A DNA stretch of 64,000 bases from Candidatus Latescibacterota bacterium (GTDB lineage Bacteria; Latescibacterota; UBA2968; GCA-2709665). The position numbers and the translations under genes were made by a program. The stretch spans positions 32,001 to 96,000 of the forward strand of contig CBDDDZ010000004.1 of NCBI GenBank assembly GCA_965226795.1, read 5' to 3'. Shown here in pieces: positions 31,340 to 40,744 of this stretch (position 1 is the first letter of the stretch; each line of letters begins with the position of its first letter). The notes beneath the pieces are model-generated. The model did not search any database and was not told the DNA's origin. It worked only from the letters and a program-made list of their open reading frames with translations.

Positions 31340-32350
31340 ATGTTCAGATTGGTACAGCTGATCCATCCCGAAGCAGGGCGGCGCATTGCCGCGGTCGACG
31401 GCGACCGTTGCCGGCTGATTGACGGATACACGTCAATTTACGGCATGGCGAGCCTCGTTCTGCAATCCGGTAACGCCCTGCACACGGAAATTGAAACAAA
31501 GCTCGGAAGCAACTTTCAGGGCTACGACGCCATCTACCACGGCCGGTCCGAATGGAAGCTTCTGCCCGCGTACGATCACCCGGGTGAACCCACCCGCTGC
31601 CTGGTGGCCGGCACCGGGCTGACGCACCGGGCCAGCGTCGACAACCGCCAGGCCATGCACGAACAGGACGCGCCCGGCGAAACACAAATCACCGACAGCA
31701 TGCGAATGTACCGATGGGGTCTGCAAGGCGGCAGACCGGAGTCCGGAAACGTCGGCGTACCGCCCGAGTGGTTCTATAAAGGAACCGGCACCATCCTTCG
31801 TGCGCATGGTGAACCTCTGGACGTGCCGGCCTTCGCGGGCGACGGTGGCGAAGAACCCGAAATCGCGGGGGCCTATATTATCGATCAGGAAGGCAACCCC
31901 AGGCGCATCGGCCTCGCCATCGGCAACGAATTCTCCGACCACGTCACCGAAAAGAAAAACTACCTCTATCTGGCGCCCTCAAAGCTGCGAACCTGCTCGC
32001 TCGGCCCTGAACTCATCCTCGATCCCGATTTCGAGAATGTCAACGGAGAGGTCTCAGTTGAACGAAACGGGAGCGCAATCTGGTCTGGATCCGTAGCAAC
32101 CGGCCAGGCCAATATGGCTCACAGCCTGGCCAACCTGGAGCACCATCATTTCAAGTATCCTCAGCACCGCCGCCCGGACGATGCGCACATCTACTTTTTC
32201 GGCGCCGATGCCTTCAGTTTCGGGGCCGGCATCGAACTGGAAGACGGAGACGTGATGGTGGTCTCCTGGAACGGCTTCGGCAGACCGTTGAAGAACCCGC
32301 TACGAATCGAGAGCGACGAAGAAACCCTGATCAGGGTCGATTCGATTTGA
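31340..32350 (+). CDS. AraD1/GguC family protein (fumarylacetoacetate hydrolase superfamily)
   Basis: GTGLTH, TDSMRMYRWG, PEWFYKG, DGGEEPEIAG, GNEFSDH...NYLYLAPSKLR, NLEHHHFKY. Confidence 0.88.
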   Translation: MFRLVQLIHPEAGRRIAAVDGDRCRLIDGYTSIYGMASLVLQSGNALHTEIETKLGSNFQGYDAIYHGRSEWKLLPAYDHPGEPTRCLVAGTGLTHRASVDNRQAMHEQDAPGETQITDSMRMYRWGLQGGRPESGNVGVPPEWFYKGTGTILRAHGEPLDVPAFAGDGGEEPEIAGAYIIDQEGNPRRIGLAIGNEFSDHVTEKKNYLYLAPSKLRTCSLGPELILDPDFENVNGEVSVERNGSAIWSGSVATGQANMAHSLANLEHHHFKYPQHRRPDDAHIYFFGADAFSFGAGIELEDGDVMVVSWNGFGRPLKNPLRIESDEETLIRVDSI

Positions 32351-32437
32351 ACGACGGCGGTCGAGCGTGACACCTACGACAACCGCGGGATCACGGACGG
32401 GATCCGTACGCGGGTCCCAATCCGAAGGTCAGTACCT

Positions 32438-33283
32438 ATGATTATCGACGTGCACGCCCACGTTTTCCGCTATCCCCAACACTTCACCGAGCAGTTTCAG
32501 CGCCAGACCATGCGCGCCCGGGGCGACGCGGAAATCGACCTCTCGGCCAGCCATGAAAACTACCGTCAGCAGGCAAGCGAGCCAGTGCGCACGATCGTCT
32601 TCGGCGGCAAGGCCAGACTCAGCGGTATGTGGATTGACGATCGCTACGTGGCGGACCGCGTGGCTGAAAACCCGGATACGCTCATCGGCTTCCTTTCGGT
32701 CGACCCCACCCAGGAGGACTGGCAGGACGAATTGAGAGAGGGTCACCAGGATCTCGGCCTCAAGGGGATAAAGCTACTCTCCATGTACGCCGGCTTCAGA
32801 CCGGACGACGCAGCGCTTGACCCGCTCTGGCGTTACGCTCAGGAACACGGCCTGCCCGTACTTCTTCATACCGGCACCACCTTTGTCGCCCAGGCGCCCC
32901 TGGAATGTACGCTTCCCCGCCACCTGGATCCGGTCGCCATTCGTTTTCCCAAAGTCAAGATCATCCTGGCGCATCTGGGGCATCCTTACGAAGGCGAATG
33001 CGTTGCCGTAATCCGAAAACACCCCAACGTCTACGCCGACGTCAGCGCCCTTCACTATCGTCCCTTCCAGCTTTACCACAGCCTGATGCTGGTGCAGGAA
33101 TACGGTGTCTGGGACAAACTGCTCTTTGGCACCGACTATCCCTTTACGACCATCGACGCCTCGCTTTCCGGCCTTCGAATTTTGAACGCCATGCTTGAAG
33201 GCACCGCACTGCCACGCCTGGACGCGGACGAAATCGAATCGGTGATCTATCGGGACAGCCTCTCAATCCTGAACCTGGAGTAA
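32438..33283 (+). CDS. Amidohydrolase_2 family protein
   Basis: IIDVHAH, GLKGIKL, PVLLHTG, LAHLGHP, LLFGTDYP. Confidence 0.9.
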   Translation: MIIDVHAHVFRYPQHFTEQFQRQTMRARGDAEIDLSASHENYRQQASEPVRTIVFGGKARLSGMWIDDRYVADRVAENPDTLIGFLSVDPTQEDWQDELREGHQDLGLKGIKLLSMYAGFRPDDAALDPLWRYAQEHGLPVLLHTGTTFVAQAPLECTLPRHLDPVAIRFPKVKIILAHLGHPYEGECVAVIRKHPNVYADVSALHYRPFQLYHSLMLVQEYGVWDKLLFGTDYPFTTIDASLSGLRILNAMLEGTALPRLDADEIESVIYRDSLSILNLE

Positions 33284-33287
33284 GCCA

Positions 33288-34184
33288 ATTCGCATCGACG
33301 CTCACATGCACGTCAACTACGCGTGGATGGATACCGCGGGTCTCGTCGCCGAGATGGACGCCTATGGTATCGACGTCACGTGGCTGCTCACGTGGTACCT
33401 TCCGCCAGGACAGGAAGCGCCGCGTTTCGGCGGCGGATTCAGCCCGCTCAACTACCGGGGGGACGGCACCCACGCCGGCGCGACTCTCGATCATATTCTC
33501 GCAGCGAGCGACAGGTACCCGCACCGGTTCATCGCCGGGTACTGCCCGTGTCCCTACGAGGGCCATGCCGCCGATCTCTTTGAAACCGCCTGGCGGATGC
33601 ACGGCGTAAGGGTCTGCGGCGAATGGAGCTATCGCCTCCTGCTCGACGACCCTCGCAGCATCCAGCTGTTCCGCCGCGCCGGTGAACTCGGCGCTCCCGT
33701 GGTGCTCCACATGGATGTGCCTTACCTGCCGGACAAAAAGGGCGCCCCAATGTATCAGGAAAGATGGTACGGGGGCGACATCCGGAACCTGGAACACGCG
33801 CTGGAGGCTTGTCCGGACACCGTCTTTATCGGCCACGCCCCCGGCTTCTGGCGATACATCAGCGGCGACGCTACGACCTCGCAGGAATCCTATCCGCCGG
33901 GCCCGGTCGCCCCCGGCGGCGAACTCCATGTTCTGTTTGACAACTATCCCAACCTCTACGCGGACCTCTCTTCCGGATCCGGCCTGAACGCCCTTCGCCG
34001 CGACCCGGAGCACGCCCGCGACTTCCTCATCCATCGCGCAGATCGTCTGCTTTACGGCCGCGACGGCAAGGGAAACGACCTCCAGAAATTCCTGCCCGCT
34101 CTGGACCTGCCCACGGACGTCCTGGCAAGGATCTATTACAAGAACGCCTCAACACTTGTACCCAACGACTCCCTCCGCAATTAA
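33288..34184 (+). CDS. Amidohydrolase_2 family protein, apparent ATT start
   Basis: Reads (ATT)RIDAHMH, PVVLH, FIGHAPGFW, YPNLYADLS, LLYGRD. The ORF track start at 33306 lies inside the HxH motif. Confidence 0.8.
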   Translation: MRIDAHMHVNYAWMDTAGLVAEMDAYGIDVTWLLTWYLPPGQEAPRFGGGFSPLNYRGDGTHAGATLDHILAASDRYPHRFIAGYCPCPYEGHAADLFETAWRMHGVRVCGEWSYRLLLDDPRSIQLFRRAGELGAPVVLHMDVPYLPDKKGAPMYQERWYGGDIRNLEHALEACPDTVFIGHAPGFWRYISGDATTSQESYPPGPVAPGGELHVLFDNYPNLYADLSSGSGLNALRRDPEHARDFLIHRADRLLYGRDGKGNDLQKFLPALDLPTDVLARIYYKNASTLVPNDSLRN

Positions 34185-34187
34185 AAC

Positions 34188-34211
34188 GGCCGCCCGTTGG
34201 TTTGGGCGGCC
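34188..34211. terminator. Hairpin between convergent genes
   Basis: GGCCGCCC-loop-GGGCGGCC preceded by AAAA. Confidence 0.55.
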
Positions 34212-34289
34212 CTTCCAGTGTCCTTATGTACCGGTCGCCGGGTATCCCCAGGTGAACGTGTACAGGCGGCGCCCTGCCGGGCGGCGCGC

Positions 34290-35210
34290 TCACATCCAGG
34301 CCGCGCGTCCGCTGACGTCCAGATCCAGCCGGTTTCCACGTTCGGGCAATGACACCCGGGCCCGGTAGGTTTTGGCGATCTCCGCTGCCGTTGCGGGAAC
34401 CAATGCGCAGCCCTGCCGTTCACAGATTTCCCGCGCGGACGAAACGACCCCCAGCAATGTCTCCCGCCGAAAATCCCGCGCATCGCTGTAATCGAAAATA
34501 TTGTGCGTCAGTGCCTTCAGATACTTCACCGGAATCTCGCTTCCCGCCTCAACCTGCCGTTTGACATTTTTGTGAATGGTATACCAGTGATTCTTCGCGT
34601 CCACCAATTCAATGCGCAGGTCCTGCGGGTGCGCCCCGCCCCACATCCGTGACTCGACGTCCACCGTCGGCGGTATATCCACGAAATCCACGTCTCCCGC
34701 CAGGGACCGATTATACCGGTGCGGGTAGTGGGTATCCAGCGGCGAACCGCCCCACACGCAAGCGCATTGCGGCAGGTTCCGTGTTGGCATCGACACGGTG
34801 CCGTGCGTGAAACCCAGCGACTCCAGCGCGGGAAACGTATGGTCGTTGGCCGAGAAATAGCCGGGCGTGAATACGGCCGGCGGCCGCCCCATCGAATCGG
34901 CAAACAGACCCACTGCGTCTTTCAGAATCGCCACCTGTTCCTCGAACCCGTACACGCCCAGGAACTCTTCGTACCCCTGTTCCGCCGGGTGGACATGCAG
35001 GCCCACTTCGTGACCTTCGGCTTCGAGTTCGCGGTACGCCCCTGCGTGCACCCTCATGTCAGACGGGATCACCACAAACGTCCCCCTCACGCCAGTCTCT
35101 GAAAAGATATCTCCCAGTCCCCGAATCGACCGCTCGCCCAGCGCGGGGTCGTTAATCGTGCGTTGCGTGGATTCGCAATCGATCTGAACGTTGAAGAAAA
35201 TTTCCGTCAC
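34290..35210 (-). CDS. Polysaccharide deacetylase (NodB-like) family protein
   Basis: IDCE, GTFVV, GHEVGLHVHP, FTPGYFSAN. Confidence 0.75.
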   Translation of the reverse strand: MTEIFFNVQIDCESTQRTINDPALGERSIRGLGDIFSETGVRGTFVVIPSDMRVHAGAYRELEAEGHEVGLHVHPAEQGYEEFLGVYGFEEQVAILKDAVGLFADSMGRPPAVFTPGYFSANDHTFPALESLGFTHGTVSMPTRNLPQCACVWGGSPLDTHYPHRYNRSLAGDVDFVDIPPTVDVESRMWGGAHPQDLRIELVDAKNHWYTIHKNVKRQVEAGSEIPVKYLKALTHNIFDYSDARDFRRETLLGVVSSAREICERQGCALVPATAAEIAKTYRARVSLPERGNRLDLDVSGRAAWM

Positions 35211-35250
35211 GGCTCTCCGACTCCTTGTCTATGGATGGCTTGCGAGAAAA

Positions 35251-36987
35251 TCACCCGACCTCCGCTCGTCCCTCGAACGCGTCAACTTCCTGGTATTCGC
35301 GTTCGACTGAATCGCCCACGTTACGAAATACGGAAAGGCGCAGCGGCGCAGACGTCCTGCCTGCCAGCGTCCTCCGTAGCGCGCTCCCTTCCACCGAGAC
35401 TTCCTCCAGCCATACGCCGTCTTTTCCCTTCAGATAATGGCCGATCTCGTCGTGGCTCGCATAGACCTTCTCAAACCCGTCCGTCAACGCATCGGTTCGA
35501 CTCAGAATCCGGTCCCATTGGTCCATGGTAACGGCGTCGAACTTCTGCTCGTGCGTCACGATCTCCGCGTAGAATCCGGCGCGAAGACCGTGGCGTATCT
35601 GCCGGGCGGCGTTTCCCGCCGCCTTTTCGACATCGGTCCTTTCATTCTCGCGCAAATAGGGGGTGCATCCCGTTAAAAAATCCTCCTGGTGACGGGCCAG
35701 CATGGCCGCAAACGCGAAAAAGTCGTGATCGTCCGGCAGATAATCGTAGTAGCACGTCTGCAACCCGTACGGCCAGAAACCGTCCTGCATGCACATATCG
35801 GCCTTGTGCAGCCCCGTCTGCAGGGCCGGGCAGAAAAACCGGTGTCCTCGCGCCTTCAGAAAGGGCAGCGCCCTCACGCCGTACTCCCCCCAGTGGAATC
35901 GCAGCGTCGCACCCGGATAGACCCCTACACGCTTCCAGAACGCGTCCACAAAGGCGAAGTTCGACTCCAGTTCCTCCTGCGAGCACTCGCCCTTCCCGAA
36001 ATTGTAAATCAGCAGTTGATAGTAGTCCAGCGCATGGCTGTTGTAGTGAATTTCTCCGCTCTGAATTCCGTCCCTGATTTTGGGAAACAGCCGTTCCGGC
36101 ACGTTCCTGATAAACAGGGAGGGCATCGGTCTGTACCCATGACGGCTCGCGATTTCGGCGTACGCGAAATCGTGGCGCCCTTCGCAGTCGTCCCAGGACA
36201 TGGTCACAAACGGCGGAATCATATTGGCGGCAAACGGCTTGCGTGCCGTCCACGTGATCGAGCGCCAGAACAGATCGTCCATTCCGCGGGCATGGCCGAA
36301 GAACGCGTTCCGCCACACCCTGGAATTCAATGTAAACTGCACGGCGCGTCCCGATCCCCATTCCGTAGCGAACACCAGGGGATAGTTGCGCGGTTCGAAC
36401 GCGCTCCACGGCGCCAGGTGCCGGATATAGATCAACTGCTCCTTTCCCAGTATCCCATCGGCCAGCGGTATCACCGAATCGCCCCACTTTTCGGCGGCAA
36501 TTGCCGTCACCATCCGATCGAACGTATGTAGTTCACCCGGGGATTGCAGTTGCGTGATATAGTGCTCCCCCTCCGTAATTCGCACCGTATCGGTGGCGTA
36601 CGGATGCGGGTTGATCCGGTCGAACCCGAAAATCTCCAGAAGGGGTCCCTTATATGCCCTCAGATCGTAATCGAAATTGACCAGCCCGGCGCCGTTGCGA
36701 ACCGCTTCGGCAATCAACGCTGTCTCCGCGTCGCTCAGACACGCGCCCAGCCCGTTCTGCGCAATGATGATGCCCGCGCACTGGCTCAAGACTTCCGGCG
36801 TCGGCCGTTCCACGGCCAGATCCAGAAACCGATAGGGCATACCGAAATGCGCAAGCGCCAACAGAACCGTCTCGTCCACAATCATCCGCTCCCAGTACGG
36901 CCCGCCGCTATCTATGACCACCAGCAACGCGCCGTTACCGGACGTGGTACGCCGCTCCCGCTGCACCCGCCCGTTGCCTGCAACCAT
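35251..36987 (-). CDS. Hypothetical protein, possible deacetylase-like (NodB/DUF2334) domain
   Basis: 578-aa ORF with MSWDD, NSHA, FHWGE and THE candidate metal ligands. SD GAGGGAG. Confidence 0.6.
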   Translation of the reverse strand: MVAGNGRVQRERRTTSGNGALLVVIDSGGPYWERMIVDETVLLALAHFGMPYRFLDLAVERPTPEVLSQCAGIIIAQNGLGACLSDAETALIAEAVRNGAGLVNFDYDLRAYKGPLLEIFGFDRINPHPYATDTVRITEGEHYITQLQSPGELHTFDRMVTAIAAEKWGDSVIPLADGILGKEQLIYIRHLAPWSAFEPRNYPLVFATEWGSGRAVQFTLNSRVWRNAFFGHARGMDDLFWRSITWTARKPFAANMIPPFVTMSWDDCEGRHDFAYAEIASRHGYRPMPSLFIRNVPERLFPKIRDGIQSGEIHYNSHALDYYQLLIYNFGKGECSQEELESNFAFVDAFWKRVGVYPGATLRFHWGEYGVRALPFLKARGHRFFCPALQTGLHKADMCMQDGFWPYGLQTCYYDYLPDDHDFFAFAAMLARHQEDFLTGCTPYLRENERTDVEKAAGNAARQIRHGLRAGFYAEIVTHEQKFDAVTMDQWDRILSRTDALTDGFEKVYASHDEIGHYLKGKDGVWLEEVSVEGSALRRTLAGRTSAPLRLSVFRNVGDSVEREYQEVDAFEGRAEVG

Positions 36988-37248
36988 GGTTGTCTCCCTC
37001 GTGATGTATCAATTATTGCCGATAAAGTGTCGTGTTTCCGTAAAGACAATGCTAATCCGGAACCAGGACGATATCGATTTCCCTTTTTCTATCCAGTTTA
37101 TATATTAAACAAAATCGGGAGAGACTATTCCAGGGTAATTTCACCAGAGAACGTATGGCATATAGACGAAATCCGGATGTTTGACCGATTCCGCGCCTCA
37201 GCGTATGCAGATTCGCGAGCGCCTTCCCATTCCGAGAGGAGCAAAGCG

Positions 37249-38550
37249 ATGTCATTCCAATTCCGAGAAGACCATGCTTCGTCCATCTTTCCAGCCAGAG
37301 ACACGCAAGGCGAGTCGACCAAAGGCGCTGATTCAACAGATAGCGCGACGCCACGCGGAAGCGCCTTCGAATGGGACCGGCTCCTTAGCTCCCTGTTCGT
37401 GCCTTTGCTGATTTCTGCCGCATCGCTTTTCGGGCTGGCGCGGCCGGCTGCGGCCGAGGTTGTGGATTCCGTTGGTGCGCATCTCGGTTTTCTCTCTGAG
37501 AAACCGAAGTCGCTGCCTTTGGACCTGCCGGTACTGCCCATGGGTCGCGTTAACGGGACAACGTCCTATACCGTCTCCGCCCCATACAGCGCCACGGGCG
37601 TCACGTTGGTCCTCTATTACCAGAGTCGTTCGAAAGTTAAGGTGAAACGGCGTAAGGCGTCGGACGGCAAGAAGCTTGACCACAATGCCTGGTCTGGCAG
37701 GAGGCGTTCGAAGCGGTGGACCATCCTGTCCTTCGGCGGACTTGGACCGGGCGGAAACGCGATTCAGTTTGAGGTGGAGCAGGGACGGAGGAAAGCGAAG
37801 ACTACCGTGACCTACGACGTTTCGGTCACTCGAGCAACCACGCCTGGAAGCGACGCCGCGCTGACTGCGCTGGCGCTCACGAAGAGCGACCTCACACCTA
37901 CGTTTGAGCCGAATACGAAGACCTACCAGGCAGCCGTCCCGTACGCGACAACCGGTTTCGAGGTAATCGTCAGGAGGAAAGAACCGGCGACGATGGTCCG
38001 GCTACGGGGAACTGCGGCGGACGGATCCTCCCTGGTGGTGGACAAGATGAACGTCTCCGGCCTGACCGTGGGCCGGAATACCCTGGAGATTGCGGCCACT
38101 GCCGAAGATGGAAAGGCGACGGAGCGATACAACATCACGCTGACCCGAATTGCGCCGAGCCGGGACACCAAACTCACGGGCCTGGCACTGGCGGAGGGCA
38201 AGGCCGGCTTTTTAGGGGTGTCGTCGGAAAACTCGATACTGCGGCCGGCCTTTAACCGCAACACGAGTTCGTACCAGGCAACTGTCGCGGCGACTGCTTC
38301 AACCGTTACCATAACCATTTCCAATCCAGCCAGCATGACGCACAATCAGAGCGGGTCCGCCGCGGACGGCACGCCTCTGGCGGTTGGGAAATCCGGGATG
38401 AGCCTTACGATGAATGGTGTATCGCGAAAATCGGTGACATTCGATGGGCTGCAGATCGGCAGTAACAGGATAGAGATCCGCGTGACTGCGCAGGACGGGT
38501 TGACAACGGGCACCTACCAAGTGATGGTGACGCGCGAGGCCGGACCGTAA
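37249..38550 (+). CDS. Secreted cadherin-like beta-sandwich repeat protein
   Basis: Repeats SDAALTALAL...LTPTFEPNTKTYQAAV...GRNTLEIAATAEDG...Y and a signal-like segment. SD GAGAGGAG. Confidence 0.82.
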   Translation: MSFQFREDHASSIFPARDTQGESTKGADSTDSATPRGSAFEWDRLLSSLFVPLLISAASLFGLARPAAAEVVDSVGAHLGFLSEKPKSLPLDLPVLPMGRVNGTTSYTVSAPYSATGVTLVLYYQSRSKVKVKRRKASDGKKLDHNAWSGRRRSKRWTILSFGGLGPGGNAIQFEVEQGRRKAKTTVTYDVSVTRATTPGSDAALTALALTKSDLTPTFEPNTKTYQAAVPYATTGFEVIVRRKEPATMVRLRGTAADGSSLVVDKMNVSGLTVGRNTLEIAATAEDGKATERYNITLTRIAPSRDTKLTGLALAEGKAGFLGVSSENSILRPAFNRNTSSYQATVAATASTVTITISNPASMTHNQSGSAADGTPLAVGKSGMSLTMNGVSRKSVTFDGLQIGSNRIEIRVTAQDGLTTGTYQVMVTREAGP

Positions 38551-38637
38551 TCCGGTAGGGTCGCCGCTGTCATCGATCACGCCCACCAGTCTGAGCGCCC
38601 GCACCGTGTTCGTAGACATCCGAATCGAGGAGGCAAG

Positions 38638-40585
38638 TCAAGTTGATGACGCTTCTTTGCCAAACGCGCTGGCAAAGATGAGAAAGTCACCGAAACCGAC
38701 GGCGCCGTCTTCATCCAGATCGTAGCGAGCCTCGTACCCGGCATCGCGTTGGCTCAAACCGAACTTTGACGCAAACGCCACAAAATCGGCAAATCCAACA
38801 GCGCCATCGCCATCGAAATCGGGACCTTCGGCCTGGGGAGTTATGTACGGTGAGATATCCCACAGCAGGATGGTGCCGTCCACTGATCCGGAAGCGAGAA
38901 TTTTCACATCTGGCGAATACGATACTGAAGTCACACTCGACGCGTGCCCGTCAAGGTTAGCGATCATAGCACCCGTGGCAAGGTCGCACAATCGCACCGT
39001 CCCATCACCAGACCCGGCAGCGAGTATGGTCCCATCCGTTACAAATGCCAAGGAAGAGACTGAGCCCCTTCGCCTTTCAATGGTGGCGATCTTGGCTCCC
39101 GTGACCACGTCCCATAAACGCACGGTGCCAATCCCAGACCCGGCCGCAATAGTCGTTCCGTCTGGTGAGAACGATACTGCGCTGACAACCTCTCCCGGCA
39201 CTTCAAGGATGGCGGTCGTGGCGCCAGTGGATACATCCCACAAACGCACCGTACTATCAACGGAACCGGACGCCAGGGTGCCCCCGTCCGGCGAAAACGT
39301 CACCGAAGTAACATCGTGCTCATGCCCTTCCAGTATGGCGGCGGTGATACCTGTCGATACATCCCATAAACGCACTTTCCTATCCCCGGACGCAGAAGCG
39401 AGGATGGCTCCGGTCGGCGAAAACGACACCGATCTGATATACGCCCTATGCCCTTCCAGTATAGCAGTGGTGGCGCCCGTGGATACGTCCCACAAACGCA
39501 CCGTACTATCAAATGAGCCTGAAGCCAGGGTGGTCCCATCTGGCGAAAACAACACACAAGAGACTTCGTGCGTATGCCCTTCGAGAATGGCGGTAGAAGC
39601 ACCTGTGGTTACGTCCCACAAACGCACGATGCCGTCCCACGATCCGGTTGCGAGGATCTTCCCATCACGAGAAAACGACACTGAAAGGACCGCACGGCTG
39701 TACCCTTGGAGAGTGGTAGTCGCAGTTCCCGAGGCGACGTCCCACAGACGCACAGTGCCATCCAGGGCACCGGAAGCAACAATGCCCCCGTCCGGCGAAA
39801 ACGACACCGAAAGGACATAACCCCTGTGCCCCCAGAGACGGGCGGTGTTTGTTCCCGTGGACGACGTCCCACAAACGCACACTGCCATCCAGGGCGCCGG
39901 AAGCGACGGTACCGCCATCCGGCGAAAACGACACCGAAAGGACATACCCAATGTGCCCTTCAAGGGTGGCGGTGTTTGTTCCCGTGGACACGTCCCACAA
40001 ACGTACCGTCCTATCTATCGAACCGGAAGCAATGGTAGCCCCATCCGGCGAGAACGACACCGAAAGGACCTCGTCCGCATGACCTTGGAAGATGGCGATG
40101 TTTGCTCCAGTGGCTACGTCCCACAGTTGCACGGTCCTATCCTGTGATCCGGTGGCGAGGGTGGTCCCGTCCGGCGAAAACGACACCGAATAAACCGTAC
40201 CCGTGTGTCCACGGAGAATGGCGGTGGTCGCCCCATCGGATACGTCCCACAAACGCACCGTCTGATCAACGGAACCGGACGCCAGGGTGCCCCCGTCCGG
40301 CGAAAACGTCACCGAAGTGACCCAGCCACCACCCGTGAACAGGGCGGCTTCGGCGCCAGTGTGGGCGTTATAGAGCCAGATACCCGCACTGCTGCCCACC
40401 GCCAGAAGTGTTCCGTCGGGTGAAAACACGACTGACCGCTCGCCAGGAGAGTTGCCTCCTTTTCCCAGGCGGGAGATTGCACCTTCGGGCAGACTCCATC
40501 GGGTATAGTCCTGCGCAAGACTGTCCTGAAAAAACGCGACACAGGTCAACAACAGGGCGGTTGTTAACAAGGAGAGTGGTTTCAC
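38638..40585 (-). pseudogene. Secreted WD40-repeat protein (13 repeats) with C-terminal dockerin-like EF-hand pair, 1-nt frameshift at about 39863
   Basis: ORFs 39665..40696 and 38638..39963 join on removing one base. Signal peptide from GTG 40585 and C-terminal PDFDGDGAVGFADF...YDLDEDGAVGFGDFLIF. Confidence 0.88.
38870..40430 (-). repeat. Approximately 126-bp tandem coding repeats (WD40 blades)
   Basis: Recurring CCCACAAACGCAC...CCGGCGAAAACG units. A 54-nt block is identical at 39256-39309 and 40265-40318. Confidence 0.9.
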
Positions 40586-40744
40586 AGGAGACTCTGCTCC
40601 GGGTTTTGTCCTGCCTGGAGAGCGGCTGCGTCGAGCACGTATTCGCACGCTTTTGATGCGCCCGACGGGACGAACGCGTAGGGCATCTCTATCCAACCTA
40701 TCTCCATGCGGAATGTAGACTTATCCGACTTTACATGCCGGGAG

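Noticed and set aside
36544..37248. N-terminal 235 codons of the 668-aa ORF
   Set aside because: It overlaps the opposite-strand gene and an AT-rich intergenic region. An SD supports the start at 37249.
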